Assembly (NCBI GenBank): GCA_016861205.1
Contig: BOKX01000001.1
Coordinates: forward strand, 766,528-830,527
Reading direction: 5' to 3'
DNA from: Patescibacteria group bacterium
GTDB taxonomy: Bacteria; Patescibacteriota; Microgenomatia; UBA1400; PJMF01
Length of the DNA: 64,000 nt
Shown here: one piece after another, positions 10,181 through 20,787 of the stretch
How positions within the stretch are numbered: position 1 is the first letter of the stretch
How the letters are laid out: every line of letters starts with the position of its first letter
Translations under genes and position numbers: made by a program
The notes under the pieces: generated by a model
Seen by the model: the letters and a program-made list of their open reading frames with translations, nothing else
Told to the model about the DNA's origin: nothing
Databases searched by the model: none

Positions 10181-11500
10181 TTATTTTGCCGCCGCTAGAT
10201 ACTTTCGCAGCAACTCCACTAACAATTTCGGCACCAGTTTCATTTTGGCCGGTGGTTCAACGTAGGCAATGCGCATCTGCGTTAAACCTGGGTTAGGCTG
10301 GTCAGCTGGCACTGAGTAAAACCCGGCCATTGGGGCGACGAGCAGCGTCACTCGCTCACCATCGATTTCAACTGAACCTTGGGTAGCACAGAACATCACG
10401 AACTCCATCATGTCGAAACCAGCCGGCGCCAACTCTCTGACATCCACCACTGAATACAGGGCTGCGTCAGGCTTGGACACGATCAGTTTAGGTTGAAGCG
10501 ACTTCAGCTCATTGGTCAAACTGGTCGCTAACTCTTGGTAGTATGTTCGCTGCTCTGCATACCAGGCTTGCAAATCAGCTGTCGACTCGTGAGCTAAAGC
10601 TCCAAAAATGTACTGACCAATCGCGTTGGCACACAAGTTGGCAGTGTTTTCAGCTACTGCTTGCTCGTGAAACTTTTGATTGTCGGTCACAATTGCACCG
10701 ATCCGTAACCCACAAGCATTCCACACTTTGGAACTCGACTCGATGCTCATGCGCCGCCCGGTGATGCCGGGCACAGCCGCTTCGGTAATGCCCCAGACAC
10801 TGCTGGTCGTACCGCCAGTGTAAAACAGCTCACGGTAGGCTTCATCGCTGATGAGCCATAGGTTGTGTTTGACGCACAGCTCACCAAGTTTGTTCAAAGT
10901 TTCCTGAGGGAAAAACTGCCCCGTGGGATTGTCATAAGGAATAACCACCAAGGCAGATGGCCGCTCGCGCTCAATGACTGCTTCAATCTCAGATAAATCG
11001 GGTAAAGCAAAGGTGCCGTCCGGTTGCAACTGGCGAGTCACCGACACAGTTCGGCGACCGGTTCGGCCAGCCATGGCTAAGTAGTTTGAGTAAGCGGCAT
11101 CGATCAACAGAACGGGTTGCTCGGTAGAACCGGCTGGGCCACCCACACCCAAGATCACCAACTCCATGGCTTGGCTGCCACCATCAGTGATCTGCGAGTA
11201 CAAACCAGCGGTATCAAATCCGCTGCTGGCAATCACTCGCAAAAAAGCTTCGTTCGCTTCAGACTCACCAATGGTTGGGGTGTACTTAACAACGCCATCC
11301 TTGAATGGCGACTCAGCTGCACCCAAGTTTTTTAGGCGTTGCTGCATGGCTGGGTGCATCGGCAGTGACACATTACCAATAGCGGTGTTAATGGCTTTGA
11401 CGCCATCGGTTCGCTTCATGAACTCAATTTGAGCGAGCCGAATTGGTGAAGGGCGACGGGCCGCGTAGTAAGCTGATAGCACTGGTTGGTCGGCTGACAT
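10181..11500 (-). CDS. PLP-dependent aminotransferase, class I/II
   Basis: 439 aa. The SSSKVWNACGLRIGAIV lysine (SxxK) region and overall fold I aminotransferase pattern. Confidence 0.8.
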   Translation of the reverse strand: MSADQPVLSAYYAARRPSPIRLAQIEFMKRTDGVKAINTAIGNVSLPMHPAMQQRLKNLGAAESPFKDGVVKYTPTIGESEANEAFLRVIASSGFDTAGLYSQITDGGSQAMELVILGVGGPAGSTEQPVLLIDAAYSNYLAMAGRTGRRTVSVTRQLQPDGTFALPDLSEIEAVIERERPSALVVIPYDNPTGQFFPQETLNKLGELCVKHNLWLISDEAYRELFYTGGTTSSVWGITEAAVPGITGRRMSIESSSKVWNACGLRIGAIVTDNQKFHEQAVAENTANLCANAIGQYIFGALAHESTADLQAWYAEQRTYYQELATSLTNELKSLQPKLIVSKPDAALYSVVDVRELAPAGFDMMEFVMFCATQGSVEIDGERVTLLVAPMAGFYSVPADQPNPGLTQMRIAYVEPPAKMKLVPKLLVELLRKYLAAAK

Positions 11501-11546
11501 AAAACACCTCGTTTCGTGATCGCATTATAGCAACCGGCCAGCGATT

Positions 11547-13040
11547 TTAGAGCAGGTGCGCAGCTGCGGCTGGCAAGTCGAGATTGAAGAAATGGGTGAA
11601 GAACTCAAAATCACCAGTGGTATCTGCCAACATGAGACGAACGTACGGCGCTAAGATAGCCTTAATCTGTTCTTGATCTGTCATGTAAGGCGTTGCAATA
11701 AGTTGATCCATAGTGGCAAACTCTTCGTGGTCACGAATATTCAAGTGATAGCTGGAGTACAAACTCCAAACAATAGTGGCCACTAACTTGAAAAGTTGGG
11801 CTGACTCAACAAATGACAGAATCTCGACAGGAAACTGTTGCTGCACATCTCTCGGCAGAACATGTAACTTCGTCAAGTGGTGGATAGCCAAACTGGCAAT
11901 GCCACATCCATAAAAACCAGTTTCTTCGATGTACTCTTTGAGATCATCTGCCAGATGGCCTGAAGGATAAACTTTTCGCTGCCAACGTCTATCCATGGTA
12001 CTCACCATGTCGATGTAAACCCTGACGCTTGCCTGAAACATTTCAATAAAATCTACGCCGCTGACTGTGTCAGCAGGAATCGATTTGAGGTACTCTCGGA
12101 CCAGCACCTCAACCTCTGCCACTGAGGCTGGCTCATGACTTTCAGCCAGCACTCTCAGCCGATCAAAAATTGCAAAGCAGTCCGCATATGGCTGTAGCTC
12201 AGCTTTAGAAATAGTCCGACTCCAGACCCGATCCGCATTGGTGTCATCCAACACCGTCCTGACTTGCATTAGTTGATTATCACTTCGGACAAATGACTTC
12301 AGATCAAAGTCAGAAAATCTCAGCAACCGGTCAACGCTTTCCTGGTTCCCTTCGCCTTCTAAGTATTGTCGTGGGTGGTAATGGGTCCAGAACAAATCAG
12401 TCTCAGCTTCATTAAGACCTGCACTTTCAATGTTTGCCGCAATCGCCCGTTCGAACTCATGGGTCAGAAGCGCCCACTTCGTCGTTGCCCATGCAAAGTA
12501 GTTGTTCGGAACTTCTTTGACGACAACCCGCTCACCACTGTTTATTTTTTGGTCAACCAATTGACTAATGACATCTTCCAACAGACTTGTCGACTCTTCA
12601 AAAAAATACTTGGCAATATCTTGCACTAGTTTGTCGAAATGCTCTTGGCACCAACGAATCGTTCGATCCTCATTCAAGTACGCTAACGTGACTTGGCCTT
12701 CGGTGCCACCCTTCGGACTATCGGTCTCCAACGACACAAACCACTCATCAAAACTGTTAACCCGCAGAGCTAAGCGAATGTTGATCCCTTCTGCCAAAAA
12801 ACCTGCTACTTCCAACGGAAAATCATCGGGCAACCGGAGGCGCCTGTTCAAAGTGCTAACTAAGCTAACCACCACTGGTTCCGACTCACTCAGCCACTCA
12901 ACCAACCCGTAGGCTAACAACGACTCGTCGGGTTCCAGATCGTGAGCAATGTCTAGTTCCAGTAAGCGTTCAGCTACTTCTGGTGTGTACTGCACTGGTA
13001 AACCAATTTGTTGTTCAGGTGATAGATTACTGGCCGGCAT
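11547..13040 (-). CDS. hypothetical protein (497 aa), divergent from the PP-loop-like gene
   Basis: Long ORF with good coding periodicity. No recognisable motifs. Confidence 0.55.
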   Translation of the reverse strand: MPASNLSPEQQIGLPVQYTPEVAERLLELDIAHDLEPDESLLAYGLVEWLSESEPVVVSLVSTLNRRLRLPDDFPLEVAGFLAEGINIRLALRVNSFDEWFVSLETDSPKGGTEGQVTLAYLNEDRTIRWCQEHFDKLVQDIAKYFFEESTSLLEDVISQLVDQKINSGERVVVKEVPNNYFAWATTKWALLTHEFERAIAANIESAGLNEAETDLFWTHYHPRQYLEGEGNQESVDRLLRFSDFDLKSFVRSDNQLMQVRTVLDDTNADRVWSRTISKAELQPYADCFAIFDRLRVLAESHEPASVAEVEVLVREYLKSIPADTVSGVDFIEMFQASVRVYIDMVSTMDRRWQRKVYPSGHLADDLKEYIEETGFYGCGIASLAIHHLTKLHVLPRDVQQQFPVEILSFVESAQLFKLVATIVWSLYSSYHLNIRDHEEFATMDQLIATPYMTDQEQIKAILAPYVRLMLADTTGDFEFFTHFFNLDLPAAAAHLL

Positions 13041-13093
13041 ATTTTTTGAGTAGGCGCGAATTATAGCAAACCCAGATCTGGTATACTAACCAC

Positions 13094-14398
13094 TTGGAGA
13101 CACCCCACATGATTCGAGCCAATCACCTGTCATTTGACCAATTTTCGATTGATAACAGTACGTTTACTTTCTCGTTTCAACTCGACGGGGAACCAGTTGA
13201 GATAACCCTCGCACACTCGCTGCCCATTGATCTGTCAACCGAAGCTCAACAAACCGTCGCCTTCAACTTAGGCATGTGCTACTTCCATGACTTGGCCGAG
13301 CTGACCTTACCGCATCACCTGTACATCAATTTTGGTCTGAGTGAGTTGCAGCTGGAGTTCTGGCGACGCACCTACCAAGAAGTATCCAAAGAAAAACTGC
13401 TCGTCGATGGTTTAGATATTGAAGTGTTAGATGGCGACTGGAGCAGCAAATCCGATCAGTCAGAGTTCGCTCCCTTCTCACTGCCTGCAGACCGGACGCG
13501 CACGGCGTTGTGTTTGACGGGCGGCAAAGAGTCACTGGTGTTACTTAAAAAACTTCGTCATCAAACAGACTTGCTCTTGTTCTTCCTCAATCCGGAAACT
13601 AGTGTGCATCGGCAACGCGTGTTTGAACGAGTCAAAAACGACTTCCCGACCACCAAAACTATTTCCGATCGACCAAGCATTTTGAATGCCATCAAAGCCA
13701 AGTATCAAACTGATTTGGAAAGTGGCCTCGACATGGCACACTTAGTATTTAACACGTTGTTGTACGGCAACAGCTGCCAACACGTCGTGATCGGCAATGA
13801 GTACAGCTCAAACTATCCCAACACGGTTTATCAAGGGTATGTTGTTAATCATCAGTACGTGAAAACGATTTACTTTGCCCGGCGACTCAACGAGTACTTA
13901 GCTCAGTTTGTGACCCCAGACTTTCAGTACTACTCGCCGGTGTTTGGGATGTACGAGTATCGCATCGCCCAATACTTGTTTGAAGATGAAGAGTACTTAG
14001 AAGTTTGGACCAGCTGCAACCAAAGCACCAATGAGGTGAACTTTTGCTGCCACTGTGCCAAGTGTGCCTTCACCTACTTAACTGCACTGGTGTACACCAA
14101 CCCCGAGTACTTGGCCAAGTTCTTTTCGCGAGATTTGTTGACGGACGTCGAGCTCTACCGACCACTGATGGACTTCACTGGCGAGAAACCGCTGGACTGT
14201 GTGGGTGAAAAGAAGGAAGTCTGGGTGGCCTTGTGGCAGCTGTCGCAAACAGCTGAGTTTGCCGACAAGCCGGTCATCAAGTACTTCCTGGAACGCGTCT
14301 TCCCCTTCATCGAAGCTGAGCTAATGGACTTTAAAACCGAGATCAGCGCGGTGCAAAAAGTACCCCAGCAACTGCCAGCTGAGTTGGAAGTGGCGTAG
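13094..14398 (+). CDS. hypothetical protein with PP-loop-like (TGGKES) motif and QueC-like C-terminal Cys cluster
   Basis: ALCLTGGKESLVLL resembles the SGGxDS PP-loop. SCNQSTNEVNFCCHCAKCAF resembles the QueC zinc cluster SCx(n)CGxCxxC. It also has a ~130 aa N-terminal extension. Confidence 0.55.
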   Translation: METPHMIRANHLSFDQFSIDNSTFTFSFQLDGEPVEITLAHSLPIDLSTEAQQTVAFNLGMCYFHDLAELTLPHHLYINFGLSELQLEFWRRTYQEVSKEKLLVDGLDIEVLDGDWSSKSDQSEFAPFSLPADRTRTALCLTGGKESLVLLKKLRHQTDLLLFFLNPETSVHRQRVFERVKNDFPTTKTISDRPSILNAIKAKYQTDLESGLDMAHLVFNTLLYGNSCQHVVIGNEYSSNYPNTVYQGYVVNHQYVKTIYFARRLNEYLAQFVTPDFQYYSPVFGMYEYRIAQYLFEDEEYLEVWTSCNQSTNEVNFCCHCAKCAFTYLTALVYTNPEYLAKFFSRDLLTDVELYRPLMDFTGEKPLDCVGEKKEVWVALWQLSQTAEFADKPVIKYFLERVFPFIEAELMDFKTEISAVQKVPQQLPAELEVA

Positions 14399-14401
14399 CG
14401 G

Positions 14402-15316
14402 TTACTTTTTGGAAGCGATCGCGGCTCCAGCTACTGCCAATACACCACCAAGCATAAATGGTAAGGTCACTTGCTCATGCAAAACTACCGCAGCGAGTAA
14501 TATTCCTGAAATTGGTTGAAGATAAGTAAACAGCGAGGCTGTGACTTCGGTCCCATGCTTCAAAGCATATTGGTATGACAAGTAAAAAATACTGGTCCCA
14601 ACCAAGCCAACCCAAACCGCGCTGGCTACGTGCAACACGCTGACATTGGTTGGAACTCCGTAACGATACAGCTCGAATAGCATAAATGGAAAACTAACCA
14701 ACAGTGTCACCACCGCGAAGTAAAAAGTGAGTGCCAATGGAGTAATCTTCAGCTCAGTTTGTTTCTTTTTACTCACAAAGCCGTAAAGCAAAAATGCCAA
14801 TGCAGCCAAGAAAATCAGCATGTTACCAAACACCGAAAAGTTTAATAAACCTGTCTCAAAGTATGGAAGCAACACAATCACACCCACTCCCAACAAACCA
14901 ACTGCGATACCCATCAGCTTGTGATTTTCAATTTTATGTTTGAATAGCCACATGGAGTACAGTGCTGTTAGGGCTGGAATACACGCGTAGATAAGGGGTG
15001 AAAAAGAGGCCTTCGTAAACTGCAGCGCAATAAACAATAAAATTGGGTTCAACGCTCCAATCAAACCAACAGGGAACAACGTTTTTAAGTTTTGCCAACT
15101 AAAGCCTTTTTGCTTATAAACCAGCGGCAACAAAAAAAGCGAGGCTAATAGAAACCGTAAAAAAACCACGGTAAACGGGTGAAAAACCGCCAGGGCATAC
15201 TTGCCAGCCACAGGCACAGACCCACCAGTAAACGCTGCCAGCATCACAAAAAATAGCGATAGCTGAGCTTGCTCCGCAGTCTGTTTCTTCTCCAGCAGTT
15301 TAGCAAAGATGTTCAT
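14402..15316 (-). CDS. EamA/DMT-family transporter (10 TM)
   Basis: Hydrophobic 10-TM pattern with duplicated EamA halves. The start at MNIFAKLL (15316) is preferred over the upstream Met at 15367 because the tRNA terminator hairpin overlaps the longer form. Confidence 0.75.
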   Translation of the reverse strand: MNIFAKLLEKKQTAEQAQLSLFFVMLAAFTGGSVPVAGKYALAVFHPFTVVFLRFLLASLFLLPLVYKQKGFSWQNLKTLFPVGLIGALNPILLFIALQFTKASFSPLIYACIPALTALYSMWLFKHKIENHKLMGIAVGLLGVGVIVLLPYFETGLLNFSVFGNMLIFLAALAFLLYGFVSKKKQTELKITPLALTFYFAVVTLLVSFPFMLFELYRYGVPTNVSVLHVASAVWVGLVGTSIFYLSYQYALKHGTEVTASLFTYLQPISGILLAAVVLHEQVTLPFMLGGVLAVAGAAIASKK

Positions 15317-15349
15317 CGGCCAATTATATCTAGAAAATTGCGCCTGAAT

Positions 15350-15384
15350 AGGCAAAAGAAAAACCACCCGAAGGTGGTTTTTCT
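15350..15384 (-). terminator. rho-independent terminator downstream of tRNA (bidirectional hairpin)
   Basis: GAAAAACCACC-TTCG-GGTGGTTTTTC followed by a T-run on the minus strand. Confidence 0.7.
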
Positions 15385-15390
15385 ATAGTG

Positions 15391-15459
15391 TTGCGGGACT
15401 AGGAGTCGAACCTAGCCTGTGAGATTATGAGCCTCACGTGCACCGTACACTATCCCGCG
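15391..15459 (-). tRNA. tRNA(CAU anticodon): Met or fMet, with an unpaired C1·A72 (initiator-like)
   Basis: Minus-strand CGCGGGA-TA-GTGT-ACGGT-GCAC-G-TGAGG-CTCATAA-TCTCA-CAGG-CTAGG-TTCGACT-CCTAG-TCCCGCA-A. The T-arm GGTTCGACTCC is canonical. The D-loop is short and total length is 69 nt. Confidence 0.65.
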
Positions 15460-15520
15460 CCAAGGTTAGTAGTATACCAAAAACTTCTCCAGATAGCTAG
15501 CTGCCGAGGTTAACCGCTGA

Positions 15521-16150
15521 TTACTCCGCGTCAGGCTGGGTCACATGTGGCGTCTCCACCACCCACGCTTGGCCTTGGTCAAACCGTTCCACGGTGAATC
15601 GCTGCTGGGCAAACTGGTACGCCAAGTCGTAGACAGCTGGCAAACCGAGTTCCTTAGCCAAAATCAGAGCGGCTGGCTCTTGGTACATTTTCTCCGGACC
15701 TCTAGTGAAAATCTGGGCCGGCCGCACCGCAAACTCTGTCCCCAAATGTTCAACAACCTCTGTTAGTGCGTGCTGATGGTTTTCACTGCCGTACCCTTCC
15801 ACCAACCCCAGTAACACCCGCGCTGTGACACCAGTACTCGCCAGCTGCTCAGTCTCGACCTGAGCCATTACCCCAGTGTCATACCGGGACAGCAGATCAC
15901 CCAACCGGCCCAAAGCCCGCCGGCAGGCCTCAACAGTCGCTAAACCGTATTTGCGCCGTGGATAGTGGGTAAAGTGATACTCGCTGCCAGCATCTGAGGC
16001 TGCTTTGGCCACCAAAAAGCCAAAGAAAGTAAAGCGTTGTTCTTGAGAAACCCGATGCAAAACTTGAGCAAATAATGGGGCATCAACTGTGGTCTGAATG
16101 CACCCTGACCATAACTCGACTGGGGCTAGTTCTCGAAATTGATTAGACAT
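15521..16150 (-). CDS. hypothetical protein (209 aa)
   Basis: ORF with coding-like composition. No confident motif. Confidence 0.5.
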   Translation of the reverse strand: MSNQFRELAPVELWSGCIQTTVDAPLFAQVLHRVSQEQRFTFFGFLVAKAASDAGSEYHFTHYPRRKYGLATVEACRRALGRLGDLLSRYDTGVMAQVETEQLASTGVTARVLLGLVEGYGSENHQHALTEVVEHLGTEFAVRPAQIFTRGPEKMYQEPAALILAKELGLPAVYDLAYQFAQQRFTVERFDQGQAWVVETPHVTQPDAE

Positions 16151-16231
16151 GGGCTAACTATATCACGCGTCTCTGGTATAATTACTCGGTCAGTTTGCGT
16201 AGGCCATCAGCCCATCACACCCTGATACCAT

Positions 16232-16305
16232 GGCAAGGTAGCTCAGTTGGTTAGAGCAGCGGATTCATAAACCGCAGGTCGTGAGTTCGAATCTCACCCT
16301 TGCTA
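16232..16305 (+). tRNA. tRNA(CAU anticodon): Met, or Ile2 if lysidinylated
   Basis: GGCAAGG-TA-GCTC-AGTTGGTTA-GAGC-A-GCGGA-TTCATAA-ACCGC-AGGTC-GTGAG-TTCGAAT-CTCAC-CCTTGCT-A, 74 nt. Confidence 0.8.
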
Positions 16306-16312
16306 CGTTAAT

Positions 16313-16373
16313 ACTTGGTTAGAGCACCCCGCCATAGGCGGGGAGGTCGTGAGTTCGAATCTCACCCTTGCTA
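16313..16373 (+). pseudogene. tRNA 3'-fragment (D-loop to acceptor 3' strand) duplicated 8 nt downstream of the tRNA(CAU)
   Basis: ACTTGGTTAGAGCA + CCCCGCCATAGGCGGGG + AGGTCGTGAGTTCGAATCTCACCCTTGCTAC. The last 31 nt are identical to 16276-16306. It lacks the 5' acceptor and D-stem strand, and the anticodon arm is replaced by a 7-bp/3-nt hairpin. Confidence 0.55.
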
Positions 16374-16384
16374 CACTACTCTTC

Positions 16385-17008
16385 ATGCCACGAACGGTTC
16401 GCCCCTTTTCTAACCCAGCAGTCAAAATCGACGTTTGGGACCGACTCTCGCCACCCCCACAACCTTGGCCACAGCCAACGGTAGTCATGCAACAAGTGCA
16501 TGGTCATCAGGTAGCTCTCGTCACTGAAGCAACTGACGAGCGGTTACCAGGAATCGATGGGGTTTTAACCAGGCAAGCTGGCCTGTCGCTGGTGGTTCGT
16601 CATGCTGACTGTTTGCCAATCGTCTTGTATCACCCCAGTGGCATCATTGGCGCAGTTCACGCCGGTCGGCGTGGTACACAACAGCAGATTCTCATTGAAG
16701 CTTTAAAATTGGCGCAAACTCAAACCCAGACAGCAGGGCTATGGGAAATCTGGTTTGGGCCGGCAATTTGTAAAGAGTGTTACGAAGTAAATCGCACTAC
16801 TGGCGAGCACTTTGACTTGCTGGCAGAAAACCAACAACAGCTAGTTGACTACCTTGGCCCTGAAAACTACACCCTCACCCTAGACACTCGTTGTACCTGT
16901 CATCAAACGGCCGAGTACTACTCGTATCGCCGAGAAGGTCAAGGTGTGCCTATGAACTGGACGGTGGTTACACTTGAGCCACCGGAGGGTGCCAAAAGCC
17001 CTGCATGA
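16385..17008 (+). CDS. YfiH/PgeF-family (DUF152, laccase-domain) protein
   Basis: GAVHAGRRG (the HAGWRG motif), conserved H...C...H pattern. The start is moved to ATG 16385, downstream of the tRNA fragment. Confidence 0.7.
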   Translation: MPRTVRPFSNPAVKIDVWDRLSPPPQPWPQPTVVMQQVHGHQVALVTEATDERLPGIDGVLTRQAGLSLVVRHADCLPIVLYHPSGIIGAVHAGRRGTQQQILIEALKLAQTQTQTAGLWEIWFGPAICKECYEVNRTTGEHFDLLAENQQQLVDYLGPENYTLTLDTRCTCHQTAEYYSYRREGQGVPMNWTVVTLEPPEGAKSPA

Positions 17009-17813
17009 TTAAGTAAGCCAGCTCATCACACACTCTCTCCATGGTAAATGCTTGAAGTTCCTCAGGTTTCTGAGCACCTGTTGCCACGTAGGCAAGCACC
17101 GCATCGGATTTCCAAAACTTGGCTAGCAACTCTTGTTGTCCGGCCTCACTAGAAACCAATTCCAGGATTGGTTGCAGTTCACTCACTTTGTCGGAAATTT
17201 CCAGTAGGTTCTCAGCGGTGTAGCCAACTTCTTGCTCCACTAACAAAAAATGAGTCAATAAGTTTAGATATGGCTGGGCTAACTTGACTGCTTCAGCCCC
17301 ATGGAGCTTGATGGCCACATCCAGCTGTGACTTCAAAAATTCGTCGATGACGATGGTCTTTGGTGCCACACCTGTTTCATCTTGCAGTCTGACAGACAAG
17401 TACTCTGTCAATTGGTCAATCCACATTTGGTACGAAGTGACGACAATCCGAATCCTCCGGGCGACTATTTCCCAATCGATCGCTGCCACGGCAGCTTCGA
17501 TAGCTTGTAACCTAACCCCGACTTGCTGCGCATCAATCCCAACTCTAGTCCCGACCCGCACTCCTTGTATATCACCAGCAAACATTTCATAGGGATTCTT
17601 ATCTGCCTCAGCCTGTGCTTGCTGCCAAGCGGCCAACTGTGCTTCAAAATTTGTCTCATTTCCTTGGCTATTGAGCACAGCACTTGTTCGACTGTTAATC
17701 TGATTCATGGCGAGTGGCACCATTTGAAACTCTGATGCCTCCCACACTCTCCGAGCCTTTTCTAGCTGCTGGGCTGTCACAAATGCTTCAATACGAGCTG
17801 TTTCGTACACCAT
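16968..17813 (-). CDS. hypothetical protein (281 aa)
   Basis: ORF convergent with pgeF, overlapping it by 41 nt. No motifs. Confidence 0.5.
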   Translation of the reverse strand: MVYETARIEAFVTAQQLEKARRVWEASEFQMVPLAMNQINSRTSAVLNSQGNETNFEAQLAAWQQAQAEADKNPYEMFAGDIQGVRVGTRVGIDAQQVGVRLQAIEAAVAAIDWEIVARRIRIVVTSYQMWIDQLTEYLSVRLQDETGVAPKTIVIDEFLKSQLDVAIKLHGAEAVKLAQPYLNLLTHFLLVEQEVGYTAENLLEISDKVSELQPILELVSSEAGQQELLAKFWKSDAVLAYVATGAQKPEELQAFTMERVCDELAYLIMQGFWHPPVAQV

Positions 17814-17889
17814 AGGATCCTTGCTTACTTACTTGATGCGTATTTCGCGCGGTTATACTGCACTCGCCAAACCACGTCAAGCAGGAAGG

Positions 17890-17929
17890 TAACGACAGAA
17901 ACCAAACCCCCGCGCCGAGGCGCGGGGGT
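17890..17929 (-). terminator. rho-independent terminator of groEL
   Basis: GAACCCCCGCGCC-TCG-GCGCGGGGGTT followed by TTTGGTTTCTG on the minus strand. Confidence 0.75.
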
Positions 17930-17962
17930 TCATTATCACGTACCAATTGTTCACTGACTGGA

Positions 17963-19654
<1,692 letters not shown>

Positions 19655-19685
19655 TTATGTTTATAAATAATGTATTACTAAAAAA

Positions 19686-19988
19686 TTACTTAGTGCTCAC
19701 AGTGGCGACTAAGTCTTCAAACTTTAAAACTTGATACTCAACGTCATCAATCTTGATCTCGTTGCCACCCCATTTTTTGTAAATGACCACGTCGTTGACT
19801 TTAACGGGTGCTTTGACTTCCTGACCGTGATCGTAAATCGAGTCACCAACTGCTAGTACAGTCCCTTGTTGGGGCTTTTCATCGTGTGAGTCTGGCAAGT
19901 AAATGCCCGAGGCAGTTTGTTTTTGAGCTTCGGTGGGTTTAATCACCACAAACCCAGGTAGTGGTTTGATTTGAGCGACTGTGGCCAT
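19686..19988 (-). CDS. groES: co-chaperonin GroES (10 kDa)
   Basis: 100 aa with a typical GroES sequence (IKPLPGFVVIKP...GTVLAVG). Confidence 0.95.
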   Translation of the reverse strand: MATVAQIKPLPGFVVIKPTEAQKQTASGIYLPDSHDEKPQQGTVLAVGDSIYDHGQEVKAPVKVNDVVIYKKWGGNEIKIDDVEYQVLKFEDLVATVSTK

Positions 19989-20054
19989 AGCTTCCTTTCG
20001 CTGACGGTGTAGATATTGATACTAGAGATAAAAGTGGCGCGATTGACGGCCGCG

Positions 20055-20082
20055 CTAGCAGATATAGTAATCGACTGCTAAT
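20055..20082. promoter_or_regulatory. degenerate CIRCE-like inverted repeat (candidate HrcA operator) upstream of groES
   Basis: CTAGCAGAT-N9-GACTGCTAA against consensus TTAGCACTC-N9-GAGTGCTAA. The right half matches 8/9 and the arms are complementary at 6/9. Confidence 0.4.
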
Positions 20083-20132
20083 TTATCGTCAAGTGGTGAG
20101 TTTTAAAGCAGGTGCCGAATGAAAACTACCAG

Positions 20133-20768
20133 CTAGCCTACTTGTGAGGGCAACTCTGTATGAGGAGCGGAGGCATCTGCCTCGAGCACCACTTGCTCTT
20201 CTCCCCGCCGGTTGCGCATTTCAACGCGGGCGAGCAAAAAGCCTTCGCACTCTAAGCCGCGGTTTTGGAAGTGATGACTTAAATCTTCTTTAACGATCGC
20301 CTCAACTTGGCTGCGATTGTGTTTAATTTGATCCAGGGTCAACTCAGCAAAGACTGAAGAGATGCGGCTGCGCGAAAAAGGTCGGACCACTTTGGAAACT
20401 ACGTTCTCACCAATGTTTTCCCAGAGTTCCGGGGCATTGTTACGATCGATGCGGAACAGTACGGACCCTTCAATCATAATGTCATGACCATCTTTGGTGC
20501 TAGTACTGATCGGCTGATCACCCAGCGATTCTTTGTTCTTTGAAAAATCGAATCCCTCACGAATCGAGTACTCAAGAACTTGGGCGTTAAACATCTTAGC
20601 GACTTGCCAAAACGGAATCTTTAAATGCAAACCAGGTCCCCATACTCGAGGTAAAACACCGCGACCACGATCGTACACACATGCAATGTGCCCGGGCGGC
20701 ACCGAGATAAAAAATCCCCCAACTACTTCATCAACCAAAAAGGAAACTACCAAGCGATCAAATTCCAT
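20133..20768 (-). CDS. SPFH/band-7 domain protein
   Basis: 211 aa with a prohibitin/stomatin-like core (IACVYDRGRGVLPRVWGPGLHLKIPFWQ). Confidence 0.65.
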   Translation of the reverse strand: MEFDRLVVSFLVDEVVGGFFISVPPGHIACVYDRGRGVLPRVWGPGLHLKIPFWQVAKMFNAQVLEYSIREGFDFSKNKESLGDQPISTSTKDGHDIMIEGSVLFRIDRNNAPELWENIGENVVSKVVRPFSRSRISSVFAELTLDQIKHNRSQVEAIVKEDLSHHFQNRGLECEGFLLARVEMRNRRGEEQVVLEADASAPHTELPSQVG

Positions 20769-20787
20769 AGGAGTTATTGTAGCGCAG

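Noticed and set aside
15316-15367. Longer N-terminal extensions for the EamA transporter (to 15367), and likewise for rpsT (to 48572) and the pgeF-family gene (from 16349)
   Set aside because: The extensions overlap a terminator hairpin, lack similarity to the rpsT family, or overlap the tRNA fragment, respectively. Internal Met starts fit the conserved N-termini.
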